From an uncultured Bacillota bacterium (GTDB lineage: Bacteria; Bacillota; Clostridia; Christensenellales; UBA1242), in NCBI GenBank assembly GCA_946499835.1, contig CAMMTJ010000002.1, positions 13,292-77,291 of the forward strand: a DNA stretch of 64,000 nt, read 5' to 3'. The position numbers and the translations under genes are program-made. The notes beneath the pieces are model-generated. The model worked only from the letters and a program-made list of their open reading frames with translations, did no database searches and had not been told where the DNA came from. Of this stretch, positions 28,012 through 37,532 are shown piece by piece (position 1 is the stretch's first letter; each line of letters opens with the position of its first letter).

Positions 28012-29910
28012 TTGCTTAAACCCTACACATTATTTTCGCTGAGAAAAAGGATACTCGCCATAACGCTGGTGATATCCTTTATTTTTTGTTCACTTGCAAT
28101 CAGGCTTTTTGTCATACAGATCATCAACGGGGAAGAGTTGCAGATCAGGGCAACCGATCAGTGGACAAGAGACCTTACCATTGTTGCTCCTCGCGGTGAT
28201 ATACTCGACAGCACCGGCACATCGCTTGCCGTAAGTTACACCACATACAATGTCTATGTCAGGGCAAGGGAAGTTTCATCTTCAACCACGACGGCAACCG
28301 TGCTTTCATCTCTTTTGGGGCTTGATTTTGACAGCGTTTATCAAAAGGTGACAAAAAAAGGTGTGTCCGAAGTGCTTATCAAAATGGGGGTATCGGCAGA
28401 TGTGGCGGAGGAAATATACAAGCAAGGACTGAGCGGTGTGTATTTGGCAGAAAATGTGGCAAGATATTACACCTATGGCAATCTTTTAACGCAGGTGCTG
28501 GGCTTTACAAGTATTGACAATGTTGGACAAAGTGGGGTTGAGGCATATTTCAATGACACTCTTGCTGGCGTTGATGGATATAGTTATGTGCAAAGCGACC
28601 TTCAAGGCAAGGAAATTGGCGGAAGTTTGCGTTATTATGTGGCAGGAGAAAAAGGTGATGATTTGACACTTACAATAGATTCAAAAATTGAACTTATTTT
28701 GGAACAATCACTTGAAAAAATAATGAAAGAACAAAAGGCAAAAAGTGTGACAGGAATGGTGCTCGATCCAAACACAGGAGAAATCTTGGCACTTTCTTCC
28801 AAGCCAAGTTTTGACTTAAATGAAGTGCCAAGAGATGATCTTACCGCTCTTTTTGATCAATCGAAAGTCAAGGCAGTGACAGATGTCTATGAGCCAGGTT
28901 CCACATTTAAGATTTTGACGGTCGCCGCCGCTCTTGAAGAAGGTGTGGTAAGCCTTGATGACAAGTTTTATTGCCCAGGCTATCGCGTTATTGATGGGGT
29001 GAGGATCAAGTGCTGGCGAACGATTGGACATGGCAGTCAAACTTTGACAGAGGCTTTCGCAAATTCTTGCAACTGCTGTTTTATGGATCTTGCATTACGA
29101 CTTGGCGTTGACAAATTTTATTCTTATCTTCAAAAATTTGGGCTTGGACAAAAAACAGGAGTGACAATAAGTGGTGAAGCAAGTGGAATACTTATGGACA
29201 AAAGCCTTGTCAAAAATGTTGACCTTGCAAGAATGGGATTTGGTCATGCGGTAGCCCTCACGCCTATTCAACTTATGAGCGCTGTCGCCTCAATAGTAAA
29301 TGGCGGGAATATGTTCACGCCTTCGCTTGTCAAAAGCGTGACAAATGCTCAGGGGGAGGTCGAGAAGAGTTTTGAACCTACGCTCAAAGGGCAAACGGTC
29401 AGCCAAAGCACCTCACAAACTGTCAATTATCTGCTTGAAATGGCGGAGAATAAACAGGGAAAATATACCTTTGTTGAAGGATATAATGTTGGTGGAAAAA
29501 CAGGAACAGCACAGAAATATAAGGAAACAGGAGGGGTTGATCCAGGCAAATATATTTCAAGTTTTATAGGCACATATCCGGCGGATAACCCACAATATCT
29601 TCTTCTTATTATGGTTGATGAGCCTAGTGCTGGGGCATATTATGGAAGCATGGTTGCCGCACCATATGGCAAAGAGGTCTTTACTGGCTTGTTTGACTAT
29701 CTTGGCGAAGAAAAGCAAGATCCACTTGTTCAAGTGGAAGAAGTTGCCATGCCAGATCTTGTTGGGTTAAGTTTGACTGATGCACTACTCAAACTTGATG
29801 AGATTGGGCTTAACTATGAAATTGACGGCGATGGCGGTGTTGTTTCGGGCCAACTTCCACCAGTTGGAACTATGATGGATAAGGGTAGTTATATCATATT
29901 GATAACATAG
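28012..29910 (+). CDS. Class B penicillin-binding protein (FtsI/PBP2B-like) with a C-terminal PASTA domain
   Basis: TTG start 6 nt after a GGAGG that overlaps the upstream stop codon. N-terminal TM span; SxxK 'STFK', SxN 'SCN', 'KTGTA'. C-terminal 'MPDLVGLSLTDALLKLDEIGLNYEIDG' is PASTA-like. Confidence 0.9.
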   Translation: MLKPYTLFSLRKRILAITLVISFIFCSLAIRLFVIQIINGEELQIRATDQWTRDLTIVAPRGDILDSTGTSLAVSYTTYNVYVRAREVSSSTTTATVLSSLLGLDFDSVYQKVTKKGVSEVLIKMGVSADVAEEIYKQGLSGVYLAENVARYYTYGNLLTQVLGFTSIDNVGQSGVEAYFNDTLAGVDGYSYVQSDLQGKEIGGSLRYYVAGEKGDDLTLTIDSKIELILEQSLEKIMKEQKAKSVTGMVLDPNTGEILALSSKPSFDLNEVPRDDLTALFDQSKVKAVTDVYEPGSTFKILTVAAALEEGVVSLDDKFYCPGYRVIDGVRIKCWRTIGHGSQTLTEAFANSCNCCFMDLALRLGVDKFYSYLQKFGLGQKTGVTISGEASGILMDKSLVKNVDLARMGFGHAVALTPIQLMSAVASIVNGGNMFTPSLVKSVTNAQGEVEKSFEPTLKGQTVSQSTSQTVNYLLEMAENKQGKYTFVEGYNVGGKTGTAQKYKETGGVDPGKYISSFIGTYPADNPQYLLLIMVDEPSAGAYYGSMVAAPYGKEVFTGLFDYLGEEKQDPLVQVEEVAMPDLVGLSLTDALLKLDEIGLNYEIDGDGGVVSGQLPPVGTMMDKGSYIILIT

Positions 29911-29981
29911 AATGATTTCAAATTATCCTCTATTTTTCAATTTGCTTGATTTTTTAAGGCAAAAAAGATTATATTATATCT

Positions 29982-30701
29982 ATGAGAACAGATCATATTA
30001 TCATTATCGCTTGTGTTGCTCTGGCAGTTGTCATTTGCCTTTGTCTTGCAATAGCAAACAATGGCTATGAGAAATTTTTGGCAACTTGGCAAAAATATAA
30101 CAAAATGGGCTTGGAAATTGGCGACTATATGACGCCAGAATTGTTTGTAAATCAAATAAATACTGAAAAATTTGCATCTTCTTTGCAAGTTTTGATGATT
30201 TCCACAATTGCAGGAGATGCTTATTCAAAAGGCAAACTTTTCTTATCAACTTCAACACTTTCTTCAAACTCAATTGCATCATATACAGTTATTGCTCATG
30301 AGATTGGCCATGCTGAGCAGGACAGAGACGGCAAAAAGATAAAAACACTCAATTTTCTTCGCCGTCTTGGCAGATTTGTTGGAGTCTTTTTCTGGCCACT
30401 TATCATATTAGGCGTGATATTTCTTATCATTTCACAAGATTTGTTTTTGGCAGGAGTTATCGTGCTTGCCAGCGCAGTAGCAATTTTCCTTTTGTCGCTG
30501 ATAATCAAGTTTATCACCATTTCTATTGAGAAAGATGCGTCAAAAAAGGCAATTTCTTATCTAAAACTTGTTATGAACGACGAGGAAATAAAATGTGCAA
30601 AAAAACTTCTTAATGATGCAAAATTGACATATTGGGCAGATTTTTTCAGATCGCTCTTTGCATGGACTTTCATGACGAGAAAAACAAAGATGTTCAATTA
30701 A
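29982..30701 (+). CDS. Membrane zinc metallopeptidase, YugP-like (copy 1)
   Basis: 'VIAHEIGHAEQD' HExxH motif flanked by TM spans; 239 aa. Confidence 0.7.
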   Translation: MRTDHIIIIACVALAVVICLCLAIANNGYEKFLATWQKYNKMGLEIGDYMTPELFVNQINTEKFASSLQVLMISTIAGDAYSKGKLFLSTSTLSSNSIASYTVIAHEIGHAEQDRDGKKIKTLNFLRRLGRFVGVFFWPLIILGVIFLIISQDLFLAGVIVLASAVAIFLLSLIIKFITISIEKDASKKAISYLKLVMNDEEIKCAKKLLNDAKLTYWADFFRSLFAWTFMTRKTKMFN

Positions 30702-30711
30702 AGGAGAGACT

Positions 30712-31428
30712 ATGATTTTTATGTATTTATATATTGGTGCGGGCGTCCTTTTGTTCGTTGCGATCATCGTTGCAATGATTGCAGAGATCAAGGTGAAGTC
30801 GACATATAACAAATATAAAGATGTTGCTGTGCAAAAAGATATAACAGGGCAAATGTTGGCAGAGATGATAGCCCAAAAAGAGGGGTTAAACGTGTCAGTA
30901 AAACAGTGTAAGGGAACACTGACTGATCATTATAACCCAACAGATAAATCAATCAATATTTCAGCGCCAAACTTCAATCAAAACTCAATAGCCGCTCTCG
31001 GTGTGGTTGCACACGAAATGGGTCACGCAATGCAAGACAAACAAGGTTGGGGACTGTATAAAGTTAGGCAATTTGTTGTAAAAATGTCAAATTTTGCTTC
31101 AAAAATCTTATTGCCACTGCTTATTATTGGAATTATCACAAACCTTATGTATGTGGGTGGAATTATTGGGCTGGCATTTATTTGGATTGCTGTTGCCTTT
31201 TATGGACTTTCAGTGCTGACAAACCTTGCTACTTTGCCGGTGGAGTTTAACGCTTCAAAACGGGCGCTGACCACCTTGCAGGGTATGGAAATTATGGATG
31301 AGGTGGAACTTGACCACGCAAAAAAAGTATTATCGGCAGCAGCACTGACATACCTTGCATCACTTCTTGTCTCCATTGCCTACTTTTTGCGATTTGTCCT
31401 AATTTTGTTTGTCGCAAGAGATGATTAA
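30712..31428 (+). CDS. Membrane zinc metallopeptidase, YugP-like (copy 2)
   Basis: 'VVAHEMGHAMQD' and 'LTDHYNPTDKSINIS', with the same TM layout as copy 1. AAGGAGAG SD. Confidence 0.75.
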   Translation: MIFMYLYIGAGVLLFVAIIVAMIAEIKVKSTYNKYKDVAVQKDITGQMLAEMIAQKEGLNVSVKQCKGTLTDHYNPTDKSINISAPNFNQNSIAALGVVAHEMGHAMQDKQGWGLYKVRQFVVKMSNFASKILLPLLIIGIITNLMYVGGIIGLAFIWIAVAFYGLSVLTNLATLPVEFNASKRALTTLQGMEIMDEVELDHAKKVLSAAALTYLASLLVSIAYFLRFVLILFVARDD

Positions 31429-31459
31429 AAAAAACATAGGTTGAGCCTATGTTTTTTTG
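31427..31459. terminator. Bidirectional intrinsic terminator
   Basis: Stem ACATAGG (31434-31440) / CCTATGT (31446-31452) flanked by an A-run and a T-run, between convergent genes. Confidence 0.8.
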
Positions 31460-33814
31460 TTAAGCAATCCATGCTGTCCATTCGCTATTTGAAGTGATAT
31501 TGCTTGTGATATCCTCGCTCCATGATTGACCTATCCATGACAATCCTTTTGGAATAGGGCAACTGCCAGCGGCAGACAATACAAAGTCAGAAAAATCATT
31601 TCCGTAAAAATATTTCATGTCACCAGCAAACCAAAGGCAATTTGTGAAAGTGCCCTGATTTGTTTGATATGGAGAAATATCATTTTCAACAACTGCATAA
31701 CAATTTTCAACAATTCCAGAAGCTGAAATTTCTCCCACAAACATTCCTACGCTTTTTCCTGTGACGGTTGCATTTTCCAGTCCACAGTGTGAAAGTTTGA
31801 CAGAAAGAGTGCCATTTGCAATTTTTCCAACAATTCCACCGACAACTGCCTTTCCATATACATTTCCACTGTTTAAGCAAGAAAATATTGTTATGTCATA
31901 ATTTGCATTCACCATGCCAACTATGCCACCGACGCACTCTTCTCCTTTGACATATCCCCAGTTGAAGCAACCTTGAAGTGTAGCATTATTTTCAATAGAG
32001 CCAACAATTCCGCCAATATATTGATTTTGTCCATCTATTTTTCCAAAATTGCAGTTATTTTGAATGACTGAATTGGCTTGAGGATAACCAACAATCCCAG
32101 CCGAATGATACAATCCTCGCACTATACCGTAATTGTTGCAATCAGTGATTATTGCGTTGTTTGTTGAACCAACAATCCCACCAACATAATAATTTCCTTG
32201 CACACATGAATTTGTCAAGTTGATATTTGAAATAGTTGCTATATTGTCTTGATTTTCGCCACCAACAACGCCAAACAAACCTTGATAGTCATTCACTCTA
32301 CTTGTTGAACCTGGCGAGGTGTAAATTCCAGAAATAGTGCATTTTCCACCGTCGTAATGTCCTGAAAATGTGGCAGGATCTTGTGAGCCATCACGCTTTG
32401 TTTGCAGTCCGATTGGTTGCCAGTAATATTGTGCAAAATCTAGGTTTGCTGTTTGCTTAAAATATTTGTCTTCATAGAAATATATATCGTTGTCGGCAGA
32501 AGATGAGTTTTCATTTTTTGTATAAAGTGACCAACTTAAATATACAAGATCCCATTCTGATTGGATAAGATATGGATCTGTGGCAGAACCTGAACCTTTC
32601 CAGTTATGAGAATTGAAGTTTTGCCCAGCACCACTCCAAACTGCATCATCTATCCAAAAGGCATTGTTTTCTGGTGTTACAGAAGTGAAATAGATGATTA
32701 GAGTTATTTCTTTGGGTGGCATTTTGATTTTTATTCGTTCATTTGTGCTGTCTGCCATTTCAACTGATGGGTCTGAAAGAGAATAAGTGTATTCTGAATA
32801 GAAATTTTTTGTTTTTATATCATAAATTTCTATTATAGCGTCTGATGCAAGTCCATCCCAAAAGTCGTCAAGATTGTTGCCAACTTCTACGCCATCAACG
32901 CTCATAGAAAAGGAAATTTCTGATGCAGCACCATTATCAACTCCGTCAAGGGCATTGTTGACATCAAATATATATATTGCAGTATAGCCAGGATAGAGAG
33001 TTGCACCAGGGGTATAGGCATAATCGTTTACAAAATATCCATCAGCATCAAGCACTTTCACACCTGTTTTATCTGGCCCAGACCAAAAGCCATCCAAAAC
33101 ATAACCACTTTGTTGATAATCGCTTGGGTTAAGGGTTGTCTCTCTTGAAAGCCCACCAGCAAGTTCGGTGGCGACAGAGCCATTTGAAACACGGACAGCA
33201 TTTCCATTGATATAATACTGATAAACAAGCACAGCATCATAAAGCATATTTATGTCGTATGCGCCACTTCCTTGAATTGTTCCAAATGTGCTATCACGAT
33301 CAACTGTTTCCCCATATAAAAATTCGGTTTGGGTGGAATTGATGCCATAATCAGTGTTGCTATTTAACACATAAAATCCACTTGCATTTTTGGCAGACAC
33401 TCTGACTTGTCTGAGATAAACATTTGACATACTTCTTATTTCTACTCTGTAACGGATATCATAATAGTTGGTGTTTGTTCCTTGATGTTGACTTCCAGAG
33501 TATGTCACACCATTGCTATCACAAACAGCACCTTGGGCAGTTGTCATAAAACCATTATAATCGCCACCGATGAGAGAATAGCCACCAACAACCAAAACGA
33601 CGAATCCTAGTCTTGAATTGTCTTCAATTGGCGAGTAGACTTCTTCTCCTGAGCCATTTGAATATGGCGTAAATCTTGTGTATGAGTGACCAGTCCAATC
33701 AATTGCTGCATCTGTCCCTGTTGATGGGATAATAAAAACTATGCCAACCGAAGTTAACAACAAGACGCAAAGAATAATAAAAAATAGTAAAATCGGACGC
33801 TTTTTTGATATCAC
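31460..33814 (-). CDS. N-terminally anchored GLUG-repeat surface protein (784 aa from the GTG at 33814)
   Basis: The GTG at 33814 follows GGAGA; the track's ATG at 33916 lies in an A/T-rich region with no SD. TM span PILLFFIILCVLLLTSVGIVFII. 'GSGSATDPYLIQSEWDL' and 'FSGHYDGGKCTISGI' are followed by five (V/I)GGIVG...N.G GLUG-type repeats. Confidence 0.8.
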   Translation of the reverse strand: MISKKRPILLFFIILCVLLLTSVGIVFIIPSTGTDAAIDWTGHSYTRFTPYSNGSGEEVYSPIEDNSRLGFVVLVVGGYSLIGGDYNGFMTTAQGAVCDSNGVTYSGSQHQGTNTNYYDIRYRVEIRSMSNVYLRQVRVSAKNASGFYVLNSNTDYGINSTQTEFLYGETVDRDSTFGTIQGSGAYDINMLYDAVLVYQYYINGNAVRVSNGSVATELAGGLSRETTLNPSDYQQSGYVLDGFWSGPDKTGVKVLDADGYFVNDYAYTPGATLYPGYTAIYIFDVNNALDGVDNGAASEISFSMSVDGVEVGNNLDDFWDGLASDAIIEIYDIKTKNFYSEYTYSLSDPSVEMADSTNERIKIKMPPKEITLIIYFTSVTPENNAFWIDDAVWSGAGQNFNSHNWKGSGSATDPYLIQSEWDLVYLSWSLYTKNENSSSADNDIYFYEDKYFKQTANLDFAQYYWQPIGLQTKRDGSQDPATFSGHYDGGKCTISGIYTSPGSTSRVNDYQGLFGVVGGENQDNIATISNINLTNSCVQGNYYVGGIVGSTNNAIITDCNNYGIVRGLYHSAGIVGYPQANSVIQNNCNFGKIDGQNQYIGGIVGSIENNATLQGCFNWGYVKGEECVGGIVGMVNANYDITIFSCLNSGNVYGKAVVGGIVGKIANGTLSVKLSHCGLENATVTGKSVGMFVGEISASGIVENCYAVVENDISPYQTNQGTFTNCLWFAGDMKYFYGNDFSDFVLSAAGSCPIPKGLSWIGQSWSEDITSNITSNSEWTAWIA

Positions 33815-33994
33815 TTTTTTTTCTCCAATTGTATTATGTCTTATTATTTTTATATATATTATAATTAGTAACTTGCTTTTTTCAAAATGTTTTGAAGTGT
33901 TTAAGATTAGTTGCATATTAAAAAAATGCCAGCAAAACCAGCATTTTTTTAGATAAATATTATTTTTTTGATAACTTAGAAAAATTGAGATGTC

Positions 33995-35374
33995 TTAGTT
34001 AAATTTTATTCTCTCTGCCACATAAGAGATCAGGTTTGAGATTGGAACTCTAATTTGCTCCATACTATCTCTGTCACGAATTGTCACAGAGTTATTTTCA
34101 AGAGTGTCAAAGTCAATAGTTACACAGAAAGGTGTGCCGATTTCATCTTGACGGCGATAGCGTTTTCCAATTGAGCCAGCCTCGTCATAATCACACATAA
34201 ATTCTTTTGAGAGAATGCTGTAAACCTCTTTTGCTTTTTCTGACAAATTCTTTTGAAGTGGCAAGATTGCAACTTTGTATGGTGCAATTGCAGGGTGGAA
34301 GTGCATCACAACTCGTGTTTCGCCATTTTCAAGATTTTCTTCATCATATGCTTCGCAAAGAAGAGCAAGGGTCAATCTATCAGCACCGATTGAATATTCA
34401 ATAACATTTGGGATATATTTTTCATTTGTGTATGGGTCAAGGTAGAGCATGCTCTTTCCGCTGTATTCTTGGTGACGAGAAAGGTCATAATCACTTCTAT
34501 TGTGGATGCCGTTGAGTTCGTTCCAGCCCATAGGGAAGAGATATTGAATGTCGCAGGCTGCACGGGCATAATGTGCAAGTTTGTCATGGTCATGAAAACG
34601 CAAATGGTCTTTATCTATGCCAAGGTCAAGCACATAACGCATTGCCTTTTCTTTGTATTCATTGTAATATTTTTCATCATCACCATTTTTGCAGAACCAT
34701 TGATGTTCCATTTGCTCAAATTCGATTGTTCTGAAAATGAAGTTTCCAGGTGTGATTTCATTTCTAAACGCTTTGCCAACTTGTGCAATTCCAAAAGGCA
34801 CTTTTGCCCTGCAAGCGCGTTGAACATTGAGGAAATTGACAAATTCGCCTTGTGCTGTTTCTGGACGCAAATAAATTTTGTTTTGTCCTTCTTCTGTTAC
34901 ACCACGAGAAGTTTCAAACATAAGGTTGAATTGTCTTATTGCTGTCCAGTTGAAATTTCCACATTTTGGACAGCATACTTTGTGCTCCATAATGTAGTTT
35001 TGCATCTCTTCATTGCTCATAAGGTCAGGATTAACCTTGCCTTTTGAGTGTGCTTCAATGAGATTGTCTGCGCGGTGTCTTGTTTTGCAGTTTTTGCAGT
35101 CCATTTGAGGATCAGAGAAAGATGTTGTGTGTCCACTTGCTTCCCAAACTCTGCTGTTCATGAGTATGGCAGCATCAACACCATATGTGTTTGGATTTTC
35201 TTGCACAAATCTTTTCCACCAAGTGCGCTTTATATTGTTCTTAAACTCCACACCGACAGGGCCATAGTCCCAAGTGTTTCCCATTCCGCCATAAATTTCA
35301 CTTCCTGGGAAGATAATGCCTCTGTTTTTGCAGAGATTGACAATTTTGTCCATAGTTGCTTTGATTTCTTTCAT
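33995..35374 (-). CDS. glyQS: Glycine--tRNA ligase (dimeric alpha2 type)
   Basis: '[39 protein letters not shown]', class II motifs and 459 aa. It is preceded by a Gly-specific T-box leader. Confidence 0.93.
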   Translation of the reverse strand: MKEIKATMDKIVNLCKNRGIIFPGSEIYGGMGNTWDYGPVGVEFKNNIKRTWWKRFVQENPNTYGVDAAILMNSRVWEASGHTTSFSDPQMDCKNCKTRHRADNLIEAHSKGKVNPDLMSNEEMQNYIMEHKVCCPKCGNFNWTAIRQFNLMFETSRGVTEEGQNKIYLRPETAQGEFVNFLNVQRACRAKVPFGIAQVGKAFRNEITPGNFIFRTIEFEQMEHQWFCKNGDDEKYYNEYKEKAMRYVLDLGIDKDHLRFHDHDKLAHYARAACDIQYLFPMGWNELNGIHNRSDYDLSRHQEYSGKSMLYLDPYTNEKYIPNVIEYSIGADRLTLALLCEAYDEENLENGETRVVMHFHPAIAPYKVAILPLQKNLSEKAKEVYSILSKEFMCDYDEAGSIGKRYRRQDEIGTPFCVTIDFDTLENNSVTIRDRDSMEQIRVPISNLISYVAERIKFN

Positions 35375-35394
35375 TTTTTCTCTCCTTTTGGGGC

Positions 35395-35540
35395 AATTAA
35401 AAAACGCCCCTTGCTTTTATGCAATAGGGGCGATTTATGGTCGCTGTTCCACCCTAAATTCACATCAAAAAGATGCCTCATTTGGTTGTCTTTTCGCCGA
35501 CAAGCGTTTGCTCGGGAGTTGCCAATTCCGTCATTGCATG
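35395..35540 (-). promoter_or_regulatory. T-box riboswitch leader, specifier GGC (Gly), with terminator/antiterminator
   Basis: Minus strand: T-box core AATTTAGGGTGGAACAGCG (35460-35442). Terminator stem CGCCCCT/AGGGGCG (35432-35405) followed by a T-run. Candidate specifier GGC followed by A (35477-35474). UGGA in the T-box bulge fits a tRNA-Gly UCCA 3' end. Confidence 0.8.
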
Positions 35541-35543
35541 GTT

Positions 35544-35572
35544 ATTTTATGTCAAAATGAATTTTTTGTCAA
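35544..35572 (-). promoter_or_regulatory. Promoter, TTGACA-17-TAAAAT
   Basis: Minus strand: TTGACA (35572-35567), a 17-nt spacer, TAAAAT (35549-35544). It lies directly upstream of the T-box leader. Confidence 0.7.
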
Positions 35573-35582
35573 CAATTTTTGT

Positions 35583-37163
35583 CTATTTGCCATACTTTTC
35601 CACATATTCTTCATATGTTCCTGTGAAGTCGATCACATGATCTTCATCAACAATTTCAATAATTCTGTTTGCAACAGTTTCAATTATCTCTTGGTCGTGT
35701 GTTGAGAAGAGGAGGACGCCTTTATAGTTTTGCATACCTTTGTTGAGAGCAGTTATGCTTTCAAGGTCAAGGTGGTTTGTTGGCTCGTCCAAGATGAGCA
35801 GGTTTGATTGTTCAAGCATGATCTTTGCAAGCATACATCTCACGCGTTCACCACCAGAGATAACTTTTGCCATTTTCATGTTTTCTTCACCAGTGAAAAG
35901 CATTCTTCCAAGCCAACTTCTGATATATGTTTCATTTTGATCTTTTGAAAATTGTCTGAGCCAGTCCACAAGTGAAAGGTCGCAGTTTTCAAAATATGGG
36001 TTGTTGTTTTGTGGAAGAGATGAGATTTTGATTGTCTTTCCAACATGCACGCTTCCGCTGTCTGATTTTTCCTGTCCGATAATAATATTGAAAAGAGTGG
36101 TCAAAATTTGACTATTTTTTGCAAAAAATGCCACTTTTTGCCCTTTTTCTATGTTAAAGTTGAGATTTTTGAACATTCCTGCCTTTGAAAGTCCATCGAC
36201 TTTCAACACCTCTTTTCCAATTTCTTGCGTAAATTCAAAGTTGATGTATGGATATTTTCTTGAAGAAGGTTTAAGGTCTTCGATGGTCAATTTTTCAAGT
36301 TCTCTCTTTCTGCTTGTTGCCTGTCTTGATTTTGATGCGTTTGCTGAGAAGCGGGCAATAAATTCTTTAAGTTCCTTTGCGCGTTGTTCAGCCTTTTTGT
36401 TTTGATCCTTTTGCTGTCTTAAAATAAGTTGACTTGATTCATACCAGAAATCATAATTTCCAAGAAACATATTGATTTGTCCATAGTCCACATCGCAAAT
36501 GTGAGTGCAGACTTTGTTGAGAAAGTGTCTGTTGTGAGAAACGATAATGACAGTGTTTGGGAAATCAAGCAAAAAGTTTTCAAGCCAGCGCACAGTTTTG
36601 AAGTCGAGGTTGTTTGTTGGCTCGTCAAGCACCAAGATGTCAGGGTTGCCAAAAAGTGCTTGTGCAAGCAAAACTTTGACCTTAACTTTTGGATCAATCT
36701 CTGCCATCAAGGTATAATATTGATCTTCGCCAATGCCAAGATTTTGCAAAAGTGACTTTGCCTCAGATTCTGCTTCCCAGCCACCAAGTTCTGCAAATTC
36801 AGTTTCAAGTTCGCCAGCACGCACGCCATCTTCTTCTGTGAAATCTTCTTTTGCATAGAGGGCATCCTTTTCCTTTTGGATGTCCATAAGTCTTTTGTGT
36901 CCAAGAAGGACGGTGTCGAGCACTGTTTCGCTGTCATAGGCATTTTGGTTTTGTGCAAGCACGCTCATACGTTCACCAGGGGTAATAAAAACCTCACCGG
37001 TGTTAGGTTCAATTTCACCAGTCAAAATTTTCAAAAAGGTGGACTTTCCTGCTCCGTTTGCACCGATAATGCCATAGCAGTTGCCTTTTGTGAATTTCAA
37101 ATTCACATCTTTATAAAGTGTCCTTCCTCCAAAAGCAAGGGACACATTTGAAACTTGTATCAT
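35583..37163 (-). CDS. ABC-F family ATPase (two ABC domains, no TM domain; YbiT/EttA-like)
   Basis: 'GIIGANGAGKSTF', an 'LSGG'-type signature, a charged inter-domain linker and a second ABC module; 526 aa. Confidence 0.85.
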   Translation of the reverse strand: MIQVSNVSLAFGGRTLYKDVNLKFTKGNCYGIIGANGAGKSTFLKILTGEIEPNTGEVFITPGERMSVLAQNQNAYDSETVLDTVLLGHKRLMDIQKEKDALYAKEDFTEEDGVRAGELETEFAELGGWEAESEAKSLLQNLGIGEDQYYTLMAEIDPKVKVKVLLAQALFGNPDILVLDEPTNNLDFKTVRWLENFLLDFPNTVIIVSHNRHFLNKVCTHICDVDYGQINMFLGNYDFWYESSQLILRQQKDQNKKAEQRAKELKEFIARFSANASKSRQATSRKRELEKLTIEDLKPSSRKYPYINFEFTQEIGKEVLKVDGLSKAGMFKNLNFNIEKGQKVAFFAKNSQILTTLFNIIIGQEKSDSGSVHVGKTIKISSLPQNNNPYFENCDLSLVDWLRQFSKDQNETYIRSWLGRMLFTGEENMKMAKVISGGERVRCMLAKIMLEQSNLLILDEPTNHLDLESITALNKGMQNYKGVLLFSTHDQEIIETVANRIIEIVDEDHVIDFTGTYEEYVEKYGK

Positions 37164-37197
37164 TGTCTTTCTCCCAAATTTTTCCTAAGTCTTTGAT

Positions 37198-37226
37198 ATT
37201 ATATTAAAAATAAAATATAAAGTCAA
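37198..37226 (-). promoter_or_regulatory. Promoter, TTGACT-17-TATAAT
   Basis: Minus strand: TTGACT (37226-37221), a 17-nt spacer, TATAAT (37203-37198). It lies upstream of the ABC-F start. Confidence 0.7.
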
Positions 37227-37320
37227 TATAAAAATGCACCATAGGCAAAATTTGTATTATTTGAAAAAATAACAAAAAAATCAAAAATAAATAAAAATTA
37301 TCAAAAAAAACACAAAATTT

Positions 37321-37344
37321 TGCAATTTTTTATGCAATTTTTTA
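37321..37344. repeat. Tandem 12-bp repeat TGCAATTTTTTA x2 within a 425-bp extremely AT-rich intergenic region
   Basis: Exact copies at 37321-37332 and 37333-37344, followed by further T-tract units (TATTTTTAATATTTTTTATTTTTT). Confidence 0.85.
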
Positions 37345-37503
37345 TATTTTTAATATTTTTTATTTTTTCAAAAGATTTTTATGCAAATAAAAATAAATTG
37401 TTTTTATTTCAAAAGTTTTTCTTTTCCGCAAAATCAAACGGAAATAAATATTTTTGTTAATTATATTTATAATATAAATAAATTGACAATATTTGATTTT
37501 TAT

Positions 37504-37532
37504 TTGCTTTTTTCGGGATAAAAATCTATAAT
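37504..37532 (+). promoter_or_regulatory. Candidate promoter of the giant gene, TTGCTT-17-TATAAT
   Basis: TTGCTT at 37504-37509, a 17-nt spacer, TATAAT at 37527-37532, about 55 nt upstream of the ATG at 37589. Confidence 0.5.

Noticed and set aside
35048-35705. Plus-strand ORFs 35048-35560 (170 aa) and 35316-35705 (129 aa) spanning the glyQS 5' end, the T-box leader and the ABC-F 3' end.
   Set aside because: They overlap a well-supported T-box RNA and two confident minus-strand genes. They have no start signals and their translated sequence is implausible.
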